Origin: Balanoglossus misakiensis
Taxonomy: Eukaryota > Animalia > Hemichordata
NCBI GenBank assembly: GCA_040954595.2
Contig: CM082586.2
Coordinates: forward strand, 4,471,125-4,535,124
Direction of reading: 5' to 3'
Length of the DNA stretch: 64,000 nt
Numbering within the stretch: position 1 is the first letter of the stretch; every line of letters starts with the position of its first letter. A model generated the notes under the pieces. It had not been told where the DNA came from, did not search any database, and saw only the letters and a list, made by a program, of their open reading frames with translations. The position numbers and the translations under genes were made by a program. Positions 12,186 to 25,835 of the stretch are shown in pieces.

Positions 12186-13916
12186 GATTTCTTCTTCACA
12201 TTTATTTATAAAAAAAACTAAATAATACTGCTCTCACATATTTCCATCAACTCAGCTTGAATTCGCCACTCGTTTAATCAAATTTATAGAATATCTATAA
12301 CGTTTCCGGGTGAGCAATATGGGTTCATTCATTTTTAGGATTCAATATGGCGATCGGATCTGTGTGAGTTAATAACATGGAACATGATTTGTGATATTCC
12401 GGCATTTTCACTAGATAGACTTATTAAAAAAACGAAAGTTCTCCTTGATCAGTATCTGACTGGTACGTATTATGATATATAGCGTTAATGATACTTTAGC
12501 AGGAAATTTTCTAAAACTCCATCTTCCCCCACCGTGTTTGTTTACAAACTGCCCTACATAATACATTTCACGGGGGCCAGGCTGTGCGTGTGAGTGAGTG
12601 TGTATCATATGTAGGCCGCATGTGTTACAACACCAAGTACGACTCTGCTATTTCGAAGATTCCGAACTGCTAACAGTTTGTGTCGCCAAAGAAAGGTGTG
12701 TTTTTCATTATGAAACGCCGAGTAAACTACTAGTATTCGAGAGTCACTGTGATAACTTGAGTTATGATATTGACAACCCCTCCCCCTCCCATCAGCTATC
12801 ACCACCGCACATTTTAGTTACATGCTGAAATGTATGCTTCCGATACAGTGATAAGTTAATCTAGTCAACACTGTCTCTTTCCCTGTACAATTTCAATAAT
12901 GGAATACGTCAGTGTTTTACGTGTGTTCAAATTCTGCTCTGTGATACGTATCTGTGGAGGTATCAGATTAGTCTGTATGTCCACTGATTAGAATGTAGAT
13001 ACATGTATGCGATGTTAATTTTTCATCAGCCACAGAATTTTTTTCATCAGCCACAGAAAGTTACATGACCGGAGAGTCAAATGTGAAATCTGACAACTCA
13101 GGAACTTGCCAATATCTACTGATAAGCAGGAGTTCAAAGTAGTAGGTTAGATGTTGAGGTAGCTGCCTGGCTTCATTGTCAGACCAACTACCATCCTCTA
13201 GGACCTATTTGTATAGCCTGTGTTTGAACAAAGGATAGCAAAATGTCCAGAAAACACAGTTATCTGGGTACATTGATTGTCAAGTGCTGCTATGCTTCAG
13301 ATACCCAGCCAGGGTTGAGCAAATCCTTTAATGATACTCTCCCCTTAGGCGAGCCTCTATAGGGCTTCAGGAAGTATTAATTTTTGGGAAAAGTAGTGAA
13401 GTACCGGTATGTCACATGTCAGACGAGACCTTGGTAACTGGTCATTTTGCAGGCTACAGCCTCCTAGTTATACATTTACGCCTCCAAAGCTACACTACAC
13501 TATACATGTACATAAAAAAAAACTAAGCATGCTTTGTAATGCTTTCCTGACAACGGAACAATATAGTTGTCATGGTTACATAAGTTGTATTCGTCACAAC
13601 TCTGTGAAAAAATACCATTTTTCTGTTGATGTTTTGTTCCCCAATTAGGAACCCTTCAAGGAGTCAGTTTTAGCATCTTTCACGAAGATTGCTGTATGAG
13701 CAGAAACTGAGCAGGCTGGATTACTGAACATAGGAACCGCCGTGGTCACAAGATGAAGAGACAACTATGCAGATGAAGGCCTACATGTAATGGTGGTTTA
13801 ATCGTTATACCTTAACATGCGGCTGTGTAACCGGGCGCCCCGAACAGCTGTGTTGTAGTGATGCGAGGAGAGCTTCCGTTTTAATGTGAATTTTATTTGG
13901 CTCGTACTGTCGTTCT

Positions 13917-16900
13917 ATGGTTCTGTGGGGCAAGTCGCCGGACGAATCAACGCAAACAATGATACAGTCTCGTGTCTACACCATCAATTTCCACACATGC
14001 CAGGCGTTTCAGGTGATGAACGAGCTGCGACAGAAGCGCATGCTTTGCGACGTGGTCATACGTATCGAGGAGCACGAGTACCACGCGCACAAAGTCGTGC
14101 TGGCCGGGTGCTGCCCGTACCTGCGCGCCATGTTTACCAACGGCATGCTGGAGACCGACAAGGACTACGTGGCGATCCGCGGTGTGGACGCGGCGGCCAT
14201 GGAATTGCTCTTGGACTTCATGTACACCGGGAAGATCGAGATCACGGTGGAGAACGTGCAAGGCGTGCTTGCTGGTGCTAGTATGCTGAATTTGAGCAGT
14301 CTGAGAAACGTGTGCTGCTCTTTTCTGCAGTCACAATTGGATGCGTCTAATTGCCTTGGTAAGTGTTGAACTCTAATGTTTCATTTCGTTACGTTTCGTT
14401 TCGTTTCAGTCATCACTTTTCACAAAATGAACCTCATAACTTTTACCATATTTTTTCCTTTAAATTTTGATCAAGATCTGTGACAGTGTCAGTTTGCCTT
14501 TAATCATTTAATTTTTGTTGTTGTTGACAATGTAGGCATCCATTCATTTGCGGATATGTACTCGTGTGTGGATTTAGAAGTGACCGCGAGACGATTTATC
14601 TACCAGCACTTCCTGGAGGTCATTAAGACCGAGGAATTCTGTGTTATGTCCGAAGACAATCTCGTGGAGTTGCTCAAGAGCGACAAACTGCAGGTGGCCC
14701 GGGAAGAGGAGGTCTACGAGGCGGCCATGAAGTGGCTGTACTACGACTTCGGGAACCGGCAGCACTCGGCGTATAACCTGCTGCAGTACATCAGACTTGC
14801 GCTGCTGGACATGCAGTACCTGAAGGAGATCGTCTACAAGTCGGACTTCATCTTGCAGAACCCGGACTGCAAGAGTCTGGTGGAGGACGCGCTGAGGATA
14901 CGCAACGACAACCAGGCCCTCTCGCTGATCGGCAACCGGGCCCAGCCGCAGAGCATTTACGTCGTGGGCGGTCGGAACAGCGTGGATTGCCAGTTGAACA
15001 GCCTGGAAAGGTACGACGCCATCCGGGATAAGTGGATACCGCAGGTGAGTGGATGGTTGGATTTGGATTGAAGAGATTTGTACTGGTCAAGCTGGAACTG
15101 TTGGGCTGGTCCAGACTGGTTTTGGTCGGTTTGGGGCCAATCGATTAAAATACCATACTCTGAGAGAGAAAAAAATACTATATTTGTACAGGAGAGAAAA
15201 GAACACACAAAACAAGTGCATAAAATGTTCATTTCTTCACATCTTCGAGAATCTTCAGCTCTTGAGGATTAGAAGAATCATTAGAAAGTACGTCATGAAA
15301 CTGTTGTGATGTTTCTAGTGAAATATTCATGATATCCATGGCGATATTCATGTGTGTATGTGACAGAGCAGTGATATGGGTATGTTCGAATAATTAAAAA
15401 AAAATAACTGAAGTCCTACAGTTAATTAAGAGGGCAGTTTCTAACCTTGAACACATATTTAACAATTTAAGTGCAGTACATGTAGCTCATATAATCCTTA
15501 TTTGTTCAGTGAAATTTAATTTAGCCAAATACATGGGATTATTTCCAAAAAAATGTTTAGATAACAATAAATAATGTTTGTAGGTAATTTGGTATATCAA
15601 ATTTAATGTGAAATAACAGTCATGTTAAAGATTAACTGAATTTAATATTTTGGATAAAAATTTGTGCAGTACAGTAGAGATAGGACAAATTGCAGCTCAG
15701 ATATTTCAGATTTGTTCAACATTTGGTGAAAATCAGCATGATTAACTGAATAATATACTGGTACGTAATTTACAGTCTGGTGAGTACTTAATGACAAAGA
15801 AATAATTCATTCTATTGTGTACACATATGCTGATATACGTCTTATGAATTTTATAGCTTTGTCGCTTTTTAGTACGGCATAAGTTGTGGATATAGTGTAA
15901 ATGGTATTTTGATATATTACACATGTCACACACAGTATGCACCCTATGTAATCCCCCACCCACTGTTTTGGACTTTCAGCCATGTTACTGATCTAGTGCA
16001 GCCATTTGGTGAAACTCTTCCATCGTCAATGATGGAGAGATTTTCCGTCATCAGGCTGGTTTTCTCAGCCACAAGAGAGGTGGATTTGCCTACACACTGA
16101 GGATGTTACATTATCTGTCTTATCAAGAAATTAGTCGGGTGATCTTTACCATTTCTGTAGATCAATTACTAGATTGCGTTTTCATTTTACGTAGGCTGTA
16201 CCTCCCAAGGGTACGACAGAAATTGGGGCAATGAAGTGAAAAGTCGTGGTAATGTTCTATCACAATGGTTGCATGCTCTAATTTATTCATAATTCAAGCC
16301 ATCACTTCACACCTTGCAATTAGAGTACTCCTTAAACACATAACACAGAAAATCAGACTCCTTAACTTATAGTAGTACACACCTCTTGGATAGATTCTCA
16401 GAAAAACAATAGTCCTTCAAATGTGAAAACCATGTTATTGGATCCATACATTTTTTTTCTTGGCCTTTAAAGACATATACAATATGTAGCCATTTAAAAA
16501 ATCTATGTGTAGGCTACTTGCTTTGTGTAGTCACAGTGACAGAGTGAGTAGGTGTATGTGTGTTTTAGCCTATGATTATCATCACGTCCATTTCATCAAT
16601 TGTCAGTGAATACATGTATTCAGTTTATTACCCCCACTGCCTGTATGTTGTCAGGATTGTGAATTTCTTTTTAACTGTTGGTTTGGTCCAGATCCATTGT
16701 TTTCTGTGGTAAATTTGGATCTGTATAAAAAGAACTGGGGGTGGACAGGTGGTAAGAACATTACTCTTAAATTACAGTATGTATGTGTGGTATCATACCT
16801 TCCATAGTATTTTTTTGCACAGAAAGTTATTTGCAGTAAGGGTGACAAGAGAACAGTATTTTGCATTTTATGAGATAATATCTTTTTTTCTTTTCTTAAT

Positions 16901-19900
16901 TCTTTTCTTAATGCTAGGAGTGTATGACTATGGCAAGGACAGCTGTTGGAGCAGCAACTCTGAACGGACTCTTGTACGCTGTGGGAGGGGAGTGTGCGCT
17001 CGCCGAAAGTCAGGAGGAAACCATGTATTTGAGGTGTGTGGAGTGTTACGACCCGCTTCACAAGGAGTGGCGACCGGTGGTGGACATCAACGTGGCCAGG
17101 TCCTTCATTGCAGTGGCCGCGCTGGGTGGATATCTCTATGCTATAGGTAAGCTTCTTTGTGAGGCGGTTTTAGGTATCCATTGTCGTACGGTCAAACTAA
17201 CGTCTGAACCAGTTTGAGGGATTCGAAAGAAAAGAGACAGGGCTAAGGTACAAGTGCATAACATAATGCTTGACCTGATGTTCATGTTGATAATGACCGT
17301 ATCAAGTTGAGATAGAAACAGGACTGGGTCAGTCAGAGTTTATTTTACCCACAATGCAATGTTTTGACTCCCTAGCACCAGGTGATACTGTCCTTGTCCT
17401 GGTGGACAGAGTATGCAAATAACTGGATGTGCAGACGATTTGATTTATAGAGAGACCTTTTGTTATCTAGGGTTGAAGATTATCTCCAGCAGACCTTAGA
17501 AAAGGTTTCAATGATGGGTCTTGTGTCCTGACAGGGTCATGGTATTGTTATTCGTTGGTGTTAAAGCATGGTTGGTGGGTTGACCTGGAAGAATCGCCAA
17601 CAAACAGCTTCTGTTGTATCTAGGTCATCTTGTTGACTGAAGTAGGATTTGAAGCTGTCATTTTGATGAGTACCCTGCCATTTTGATAAACGACGGGTAG
17701 TTTCACAAAAGCTGTATAGGGCAATGTTTATTCCTTACTCATGAAGTTTATTAAAGGGACAAAGTCTCTCTCTTGCTGGCCTTTTTCCATTAATTATGTT
17801 TGACACAAGACACTGTTTATGTTAATGTACATGTGGATATATAGTGAATCAACGTTCAACCACACAAAACTTCCTTCCCACTTGTATGATATGAGAGTAA
17901 AAACTCGCCCAAAATGAATAAATGGTAAAGAACGATTATTCATTTTGGCGAGTTTTTTCACTCTCCTGTCTATAAGAGGGATGGAAGTTGTGTGTGGTTG
18001 AACGTTCATTCACTATATATCCACATGCAGAATAACAAACGTTGTCTGGTATCAAATATAATTAATGGAAAAAAAGGCAGCGAGAGAGAGACTTTGTCCC
18101 TTTAACCTGAATCAACTTTTTAGCCTACTTGTTGATTTTCTGCATCCCATCTACAGGAGGCGAAGACAGGACTTGCAGTTACAACACGGTGGAGAGATAC
18201 GACTACCGAACGGATCGATGGACGTTTGCAGCCAGTATGAAGAGGAAGAGAGCTGGTGCAGGGGTCACTGTGTGTGATGGAAAAATTTATGCTGCAGGTA
18301 CGTGTACACCATAGAATTCCTTATAGTTATAGATTAAGGGTATTATTAAGTGACTGTTGAATGACCCTGTGAACCTTGACCCCCCTCATGACCTTAGATG
18401 TAAAGGGAGAGAGGGGTCCCTGAGCTGATCACTGTCAAGAAAGCTTCTGTACTGTAGCTGAATGTGACTTCATTCTTTATGTGCCATTTAGGGTAAAGTT
18501 TTTAGGGATGATATGGACTGTCTGCTATGAATCAAAACAGATAAGAACTGAAGATAAACAAGTTGTTACAAAGACAATTAAAATATATAGGCGTCCAGGC
18601 TAAAAGCAAAACAAAACAAAACAAAACGCTCCAGTCACTCGGAACATGCATGTATCGTACCATTATCAATATTATACCTGCTTTCTAGGCGGATATGACA
18701 AAAGCTATCATACAGACAGAGCCAGCGTGGAATGCTTTGATCCGGAGACACAGGAGTGGATGTTCGTAGCCGAGATGGAGAAAGCTAGATCCGGTCTAGC
18801 ATTGGTGGCCATGGATCACTTTATCTATGCATTTGGTGGCAGGCTTCGACACACTGATCAGTACTTTGATGTGGCTGAAAGGTACAGTAGTGTTTAAAGG
18901 AATACAATATCTCACCTCATTTACATACCTCCTTATATGGTAAGGAGTACAATATCATGTCTAATTACATACCTCACATTACATATACCACAGTCTTGTT
19001 TTTATAAAAATCATTAGATTTATTTTTCCATTGACTTAATATAGTTGGGGATTAATGGCTATGTTGAATGTCATATTTGAGACAATACATACCAGAGTCT
19101 TGTTTTTGTAAATTCATTAGATTTATTTTTCCATTGACTTAACATAGGGATTAATGGCCATGTTGAATGTCATTTTTTAGACAATTTGACACAATTTTGG
19201 TCTCTTGTTCAAATATTTGCACTATGACCCCTAATTTTGATTCTCAATTTTAAGATACAAAAATCTAAAGTTGCATTGGGTGAAATATGAGAAAAAAATT
19301 TAAGACGGATACTACCTTAAAGGGGAAATCCGTCGTAGCTGATTTCTACATAATTTGGTAGCTTTGATGTCACTCTTTCAGAAAAAAACATATTCGCCAT
19401 GTATAGGTCGCGCGATTTTTTACAAAATCTAGGGAAAGTTGGCAGAATTTCCAATATGGCGTTTACTGTAATTTGAATCATGGGAAAAAAAGCGCCAGGA
19501 CCAACTTCCGCCCACCTTAGTGTGGGTGATACCATTTTCCGATTGGTGTCACTGCATCACAAGCTAAGCGTATTTGCATATTTTCCATGGGTTATAGCTC
19601 ATGAAAACTGTCAATAGGTGACAAATTTTCGACTTTGCTGATGATTGTTTATCAACTGATGCAAAGAACAAACAATAGCTATGAAAATACGCCTAGTCTG
19701 TCGCCCAGTGACACCTATCGGAGAATGGTATCACCCACACCATGGTGGGCGGAAGTTGGTCCTGGCGCTTTTTTTCCCATGATTCAAATTACAGTAAACG
19801 CCATATTGGAACTTTCTCTAGATTTTGTAAAAAATCGCGCGACCTATACATGGCGAATATGTTTTTTTCTGAAAGAGTGACATCAAAGCTACCAAATTAT

Positions 19901-20275
19901 GTAGAAATCAGCTACGACGGATTTCCCCTTTAAAAATTAACCCTTTCACCACTGGTCCAGTCCAGATCCATTGTTTTCCATGGGAAGGTTGGACCTCTAT
20001 AAAGGGAACTAGGGGTGAAAGGGTTAAGCTTAGTCATTTCCTCTGTTGCCAGGTACAACACCCAGACGCATCAGTGGACTTCCATAGCGCCCATGAACAC
20101 TGCCAGGGCGTGGCCGGCGGTCTCCATCTTCGACAACAAGATCTACATCGTCGGGGGCTTCGACGGCTCCAACCGACTGCGCAGCGTGGAACGGTACGAC
20201 CCGCAGACCAACACGTGGACCTTCGTCAGTAATATGAACGTCAGCAGAGCTGGGTGCGGGGCGGCGGTCATCTGA
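13917..20275 (+). CDS. Kelch-like BTB-BACK-6xKelch protein (Cul3 adaptor, KLHL family), 6 coding exons, ~578 aa
   Basis: Exons 13917-14358, 14536-15044, 16918-17146, 18157-18297, 18689-18881, 20053-20275; total 1737 nt in frame. BTB (LCDVVI..AHKVVLAGCCPYLRAMF), BACK (ASNCLGI..EEEVYEAAMKW) and six GG..ExY/FD/N..W Kelch repeats. Exact KLHL orthologue not determinable by eye. Confidence 0.93.
16671..16755 (+). mobile_element. Degenerate family-A MITE
   Basis: GGTTTGGTCCAGATCCATTGTTTTCTGTGGTAAATTTGGA..GAACTGGGGGTGG matches the family core. Confidence 0.65.
17755..18101. mobile_element. Fully palindromic non-autonomous DNA transposon, TTAA-flanked, AGGG termini (Kolobok-like)
   Basis: TTAA|AGGGACAAAGTCTCTCTC ... 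GAGAGAGACTTTGTCCCT|TTAA; imperfect arms pair almost to the centre (~17925). Confidence 0.8.
18984..19184. repeat. ~100-bp tandem duplication in Kelch intron 5
   Basis: Two copies of ATACCASAGTCTTGTTTTT..TCATTAGATTTATTTTTCCATTGACTTAA..GGGATTAATGGCYATGTTGAATGTCAT..AGACAAT. Confidence 0.85.
19321..19929. mobile_element. 609-bp foldback element with ~225-bp TIRs and TTAA TSD (Kolobok-like)
   Basis: TTAA|AGGGGAAATCCGTCGTAGCTG ... CAGCTACGACGGATTTCCCCT|TTAA. Arms ~19321-19553 and ~19706-19929 are nearly identical apart from a 10-nt indel, which explains the mirror ORFs 19317(-)/19742(+). Confidence 0.9.
19941..20023 (+). mobile_element. ~85-bp piggyBac-like MITE (family A)
   Basis: TTAA|CCCTTTCACC ... 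GGTGAAAGGG|TTAA with internal GTCCAGATCCATTGTTTT..GGTTGGACCTCTA..GGGAACT. Confidence 0.85.
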
Positions 20276-22400
20276 CGAGAGGCCTCTTCTGTGAAGTTCT
20301 AAATGTGTGGTTTCCGTGACAACCGGTGGGTTTATGCAAGGACAAGAGACCATCGCTCATTTCATGCCAGGTGTACTACTAAGCCATGCTATTTAATTTA
20401 ATTGAATGCAGAAATTTACAAAATGTGCCAGTTCTGTGAATAATTAATATCGGTTTATTGGCCGTGGCAGCTAACGTTTATGTTTCAGAATTTTTGTTCT
20501 GTGGGGGAAGGGATGAGTCAGGATTATCCCTTCACAGACAAGTGAAATTTTGGCATGATGCGAATGAAATTTGTTTGAAAGAGGTTACAGTTCATTGCTG
20601 AGTATTTTAGGGCTGACTCAAGAAATTTGTTAACTTTTGAAACACTCAAAAGTTTATGGTACTAGACCAATGTAGAATATCAGCGTAAGTCACAGCTTGA
20701 TTGGTCAAAGTCGCACCATGTTAATACATGATTGGCTGATATTTATACAACTGTTATTTGAATTTTCTACAGCTAGGCATCACAGTTGTACTTATGTTGG
20801 CAAATATGTGGTATGTGTACTGAAAAGTGTACTGAAACAAAAACTTTGAGGGGTTGTGTCTGCATTATCCTGTGGGCCTTGATCCTGGACAAGCAATTAC
20901 AGACTATTTTGTAGAATTTTCATCTTACGTTACGGATTCAAACCAACAGAAGTACGAGAATGGAAGGTCATGTATGGGTCATTATAAATGGCCTGTTGCA
21001 ACCCTATGGAAGATCGCTTGGATGCACCCCTACTCTCCCTATATGGTTCTAACCATGGTAATATAAACAATGGGAATAAACTAAACTATGAATGTCGTTG
21101 GGGTAAAGTTATATAGGTACACATGCCGTGCTGAGGAACAGGAAGTCAAGAGTTGTGCAGGTTTAACTGGTACATCGTTTCCAAAAACAGAAAAACATAT
21201 CAGTCAGCTGATCATACATCAGCAGACATTGAAAAGACTCCCTCTTCTTTGTACCTTAGATTTTAAAATATTTTGATAATGCACCTTGAATTTAAGTATT
21301 AGAAGCTATCTTCGACTGCAAACAGTATTTTCCTTCAGAATAAAGTGCAGAGCAGCTGGAGTTTTATTCTCAGTAGTGACCACTCTTTTCTGTTTTATAG
21401 CACGTAAAGGGCGATTTTATGGCCGTGTGTATCAGTACATTGCATTGGGAATCTTTTTGTTGCCAGCTGATGGAGTTCAGTTGTAATCATAGACTTTTGT
21501 ATGGTGTAGGATAAAGCTAGATCATTGTAGAGTGGTTTGGTGTGGACTGTCATATGGACTACGGAGTGTAGAAGTTAAAAAAGGGGTAAACTGTTATAGT
21601 CAACATTTAAAGTGTAATTAGACGTGTAAATTCTAGCAACATTTCACACCTTGGCTTTTGCAGACATGTAGGGATTATTGGATGCTAGAATTCGCACTGT
21701 AGATGCAATACTGTACTTTTATTCCCAGGATGCAACATTCCAAGATGGCTGCTTGGGGGAACTGCTTGGTGTTTTTTTTATCCCACCATAACTCATCACA
21801 TTTTGGTGGTTTTAAAATAGATTTATATTTTATTGAAGGTTATACTTGACTATCTGATCTGGTATGTTTGGACCGATATGATAACTATATTGCTGGTGCG
21901 AGGGTGAAATATGGAGAAAGAAAATTTGTCGTCATACTGGTTGGTTACTGATCACTGTATGTATCAGAGCTGATTTACGATGTGAACAATGTGAGGCAGC
22001 AGAAAAGATTTCAGACGTAAGGGACATATTGATTGGTCAAAAAATCATGACACACTATTGGCAGGTGTGTCTAAGCCAACCAGGACACCGAGCTTATTAC
22101 ATTTCATTCCAGCAGGTTACATTATCTCTAGTGTACTAGCAAATAGTGAGGTCTTTAATGTTTTACATGATATATGGAACTAGACCAATCCACTTAGCAT
22201 TGTTACGGGGGTGGCAGGGTGTGATCAGTTTCAAGTAATGTAGATTCATGCAATCTTTGTCTTCCATTGTGTATGACTTTGTCACAAAATTGAAATCACA
22301 AAAGAGTACAAGGTGGTTTTAAACTTCTGAAGTTTTTATGTATGTCACTCTTCACTTATTAAGGAGGTAGAGGTATTGTATAGGGTCCATCATGTAGCTA

Positions 22401-22594
22401 CTGTAAAATGGGAAATTTTCACGACAGGAAATTTTTGCGATTTAAAAAGAGGTGACTGTTTCACGACAATTCATATCTTGTATTTCACTTACGTCATCAA
22501 TATCTCAAAAACATTTTAGGGACTCTTTATTTTTACAGGATTTTTTTTGGTGCTCGCGAAAATTTTTCGTTCGCGCAAATTTCCGGTTTCACAG
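22401..22594. mobile_element. TA-flanked MITE with CTGT...ACAG termini (Tc1/mariner-type target site)
   Basis: TA|CTGTAAAATGGGAAATTTTCACGAC ... GCGCAAATTTCCGGTTTCACAG|TA; related ends at ~34845-34864 and ~36127. Confidence 0.65.
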
Positions 22595-22635
22595 TATGTT
22601 AGACTATAGTAGTTATAAGCTAACTACGGTACATG

Positions 22636-22743
22636 TATTCTATTCTATTCTATTCTATTCTATTCTATTCTATTCTATTCTATTCTATTCTATTCTATTC
22701 TATTCTATTCTATTCTATTCTATTCTATTCTATTCTATTCTAT
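22636..22743. repeat. (TATTC)n pentanucleotide microsatellite
   Basis: About 21 perfect units. Confidence 0.97.
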
Positions 22744-24304
22744 GTCTTATTGAGATTAAATTATGCTGAAGGGGAAAATGATCTTTCAGAATTATCTGAA
22801 AAATCCAGTCAGGTGGTGTATATATGTCTAATTATTTCAAAATGTGGTTACTCCAAATTTTCAGTAGTAGAAATTATGAAATATGCATTTGTGTTCTCAC
22901 TCATGTCGAAAGATAGGAAATATGTTCATGTATAGTCCATTCACAGCCAACTTGTTGAATCCATGTGCAACAACACGTACTGCTTTGACAAAATTCTGGA
23001 CATCACACAGATTGGCGTGGTCACAAAATGCAAAGTAGTCACACAATTTTAGCATGGCTGACTTCTTGTTGTTAACAAAACTCTCAGGTAGAAGTGAAAT
23101 ATTTCTTGAGTATAGTGGTGGTGGAATAATGGGTATTATCTCAATATAGTGTATAATATGCAACCATTATCTAGGTGTTCATCATGTATCTTATCACAGT
23201 CCCTCCGCTGGAGTTTCAGTCGGTGGAAAATTGCTCGATGCTTTAGGGATGGTGGATAGGTTTTCGCTTGTGAAAGTATCACCACACCTTGGCTTTTGTA
23301 GACATGTAGGGATTATTGGATGCTAGAATTCACACTGTGGATGCAATGCTGTACTTTTTTCCCATGATGCAACATTCCAAGATGGCTGCTTGTCTTGGGC
23401 TTCTCCATAGCAGGCAATGTAGTTGCCCATGGTTTATAGAATATTTGCACCTGGAGTCCTCCCAATAGATTGCTGTATTTTGCAATGCTCCGATGGTCAT
23501 ATCCAGGTCAAAGCCATCGCTGTTGATTTTTTTCTGCAAATCAATCAAATTTACATGTTTTATTTTCATACTGATCACTGCAAAATGCCTAATTCAAGTG
23601 TGTGTGTGTGTGTGTGTAAAATTTTGTGGCTTTTAAAAAGAAAATGGGGAATGTTTTTCTATCACTTTTTTATCTTTATTTGCAGTCAAGTAAGGTCTCG
23701 TTGATTTTCATTGATCTTCACGTCAAGGTGCAATGTATTATGTTTGATTTGTACATATCTTAAATTGCAATACTAGGTTTTGAGTTTCGGCCAGTCAGCA
23801 GACCCCATTGGAAGCTCGCTTTGCTGCCCCTTCTGGTACCAGTGTCTTTTGCTGACTGTTGTCATGGTGATGTAAGGTCACTCACTGACATTTGAAGCTA
23901 TACAAAAATTGCAAAAAAAAGTTATACATTGGGGACAATTGAAAATTCATTCGTCTAAGTACCCCTTAAAAAGAGTTTATTTTAAAACTTTGGAAAACTC
24001 TTTTCTAAAAGTGAATTTGTTTTGAGTAACTCAGAACTTGGTACTTTCTCTATTTTAGAGGGACTTCCTTGAAGGCTAAATCTAAATGTAGTTATTGTTT
24101 TATTTTACAAAGTAACTGTTTTAAAGAGAAAATTCTCTTGCCATCACGTTAGTGTTTATACTTTAAGTTGTATTATACTTGCCAAAATTTATTTTATAAA
24201 AATATCTTAATTTTTGTGGAGTTTATATTGGTGACTTGTATTGTAAAGGTGCATCAGGCGATGATTTGTACAAATGAAGAGTTTTGTCAAAGATTATGTT
24301 TTAA

Positions 24305-24389
24305 CCCTTTCACCTCCATGGTTTGGTCCGAATCCATTGTTTTCTATGGTTAAGTTGGGCCTCTAAAGAGGGAACTGGGGGTGAAAGGG
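24305..24389 (+). mobile_element. Family-A piggyBac-like MITE
   Basis: TTAA|CCCTTTCACC...GGTGAAAGGG|TTAA. Confidence 0.85.
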
Positions 24390-25750
24390 TTAAAGGATTG
24401 GAAATGGTACTGATGGATGATACTTTTAGGACCTGAGCAACTTGAACTTCGAAGCAGTAGTTTGGTCAAGTCCTGAAGAGATTTTATTATTTGCTACAAG
24501 CATGGTTTGCCTCCATTTTTAGGTGGTGCTGAAGCGATTTAAGAATCACCTTATAAATTTCATCCAAAAGTGAAAAAAAATACATATGTAACAATAAATG
24601 TTCTCTGAGCTGCATAGTGGTGATGTCTTCTGTATTACGGTATTACATGGTGACATGTATATTACTACTGCCTTGATAATTTTGTCTTGCCAAATTCTAC
24701 ACTGCTATCATCAGCTGTCGAAACTGGCCATGAACCATGGTCAAATATATGAAGAGAATCCTGTTTTACATAGGGTAGCACCCATGCCCAAAAAGTTGGA
24801 ATCAGACTCGCACGGCATCCTGTGATGTGATGCCAGATACCACAGTTGGAATCTGACGGGACACGAATCTGATTCTTAGCCATTTTCTCCCCGCACTATC
24901 TTTGTGAGTTACATGTATCTTGATTCCAACTTTTGATCTTGATCGGAAACTTTCGAGGAGAGAATTTCCAAACCTATTTATGGTAACTGTATCTGTCATC
25001 GTTTACGCACTGTCAACATTATTATCATCACCTTGCCAAATTTGGCTTTGCAGGAAAATAAACTTCAACTATTTCATGTATCTGTTTTGTTTGGTCTTTG
25101 TTGACTTTTGACAAATGACACTCAAAATAAAAATTCCACTGTTTAGTATAGACTTTTGAATACCAGTGAGGAACAGAAAATTCAACACGGCAGTATTTGT
25201 GTAATGATGCAGAGAGAGAGGGGGGGAGAGAGAGAGAGAGATGACACGACAACACTTTTCCTGTTGAACATACAATGACACTTTTATTTCCATTCACATT
25301 TGAAGATACACAAAAGGAAAAAATGGTGGTGATTTCAGACGATCTCATGGACAACAGGCAGCAACTGAGGGTTGTACGTTTCAGTTTCAGCCACTATGAC
25401 ATTTCTGAATATAAGGAATTTCTCACAGAAAGTAATCAAATCAATTAAGTAGAAGTTACACTTGTCATTTTGTTTTTAATATAAGGAAATCAACTCAAAC
25501 ACGACAAATATTCGTCCAGGTTCAATTGATTTGTAGGATGGAAACTGTCATGATGTTTGCCCTCATTTGTCAGACAGGAATAAACAGACGATATGGGCCC
25601 AACCTGCATCAGATTGAAAACAAAAAATGATCAAAACTTTTGCATTGCCCGTACCAGTATTGATACTGGAAGTATACATATTTTTGGTAATGAAATAAAG
25701 ATCTGACAGACACACATACTTCTGTTTTCCAGTCCAGAGTCTAGTCTTAA

Positions 25751-25835
25751 CCCTTCCACCACCGTGGTTCAGTCCAAACCCATTGTTTTCTGTGGTAAGG
25801 TTGGACCTCTAAAAGGGGAACTGGGGGTGGAAGGG
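25751..25835 (+). mobile_element. Family-A piggyBac-like MITE
   Basis: TTAA|CCCTTCCACC...GGTGGAAGGG|TTAA. Confidence 0.85.

Larger units (their letters stand above)
21645..23392 (+). repeat. Dispersed ~108-bp direct repeat (21645-21754 and 23283-23392) downstream of the Kelch stop
   Basis: CACACCTTGGCTTTTGYAGACATGTAGGGATTATTGGATGCTAGAATTC..GATGCAACATTCCAAGATGGCTGCTT occurs twice with only a handful of substitutions. Confidence 0.85.

Noticed and set aside
19317-19933. Mirror-image ORFs on both strands
   Set aside because: Consequence of the foldback element's TIRs; no transposase motifs.
22452-22935. YSILF-repeat ORFs
   Set aside because: Translation of the (TATTC)n microsatellite.
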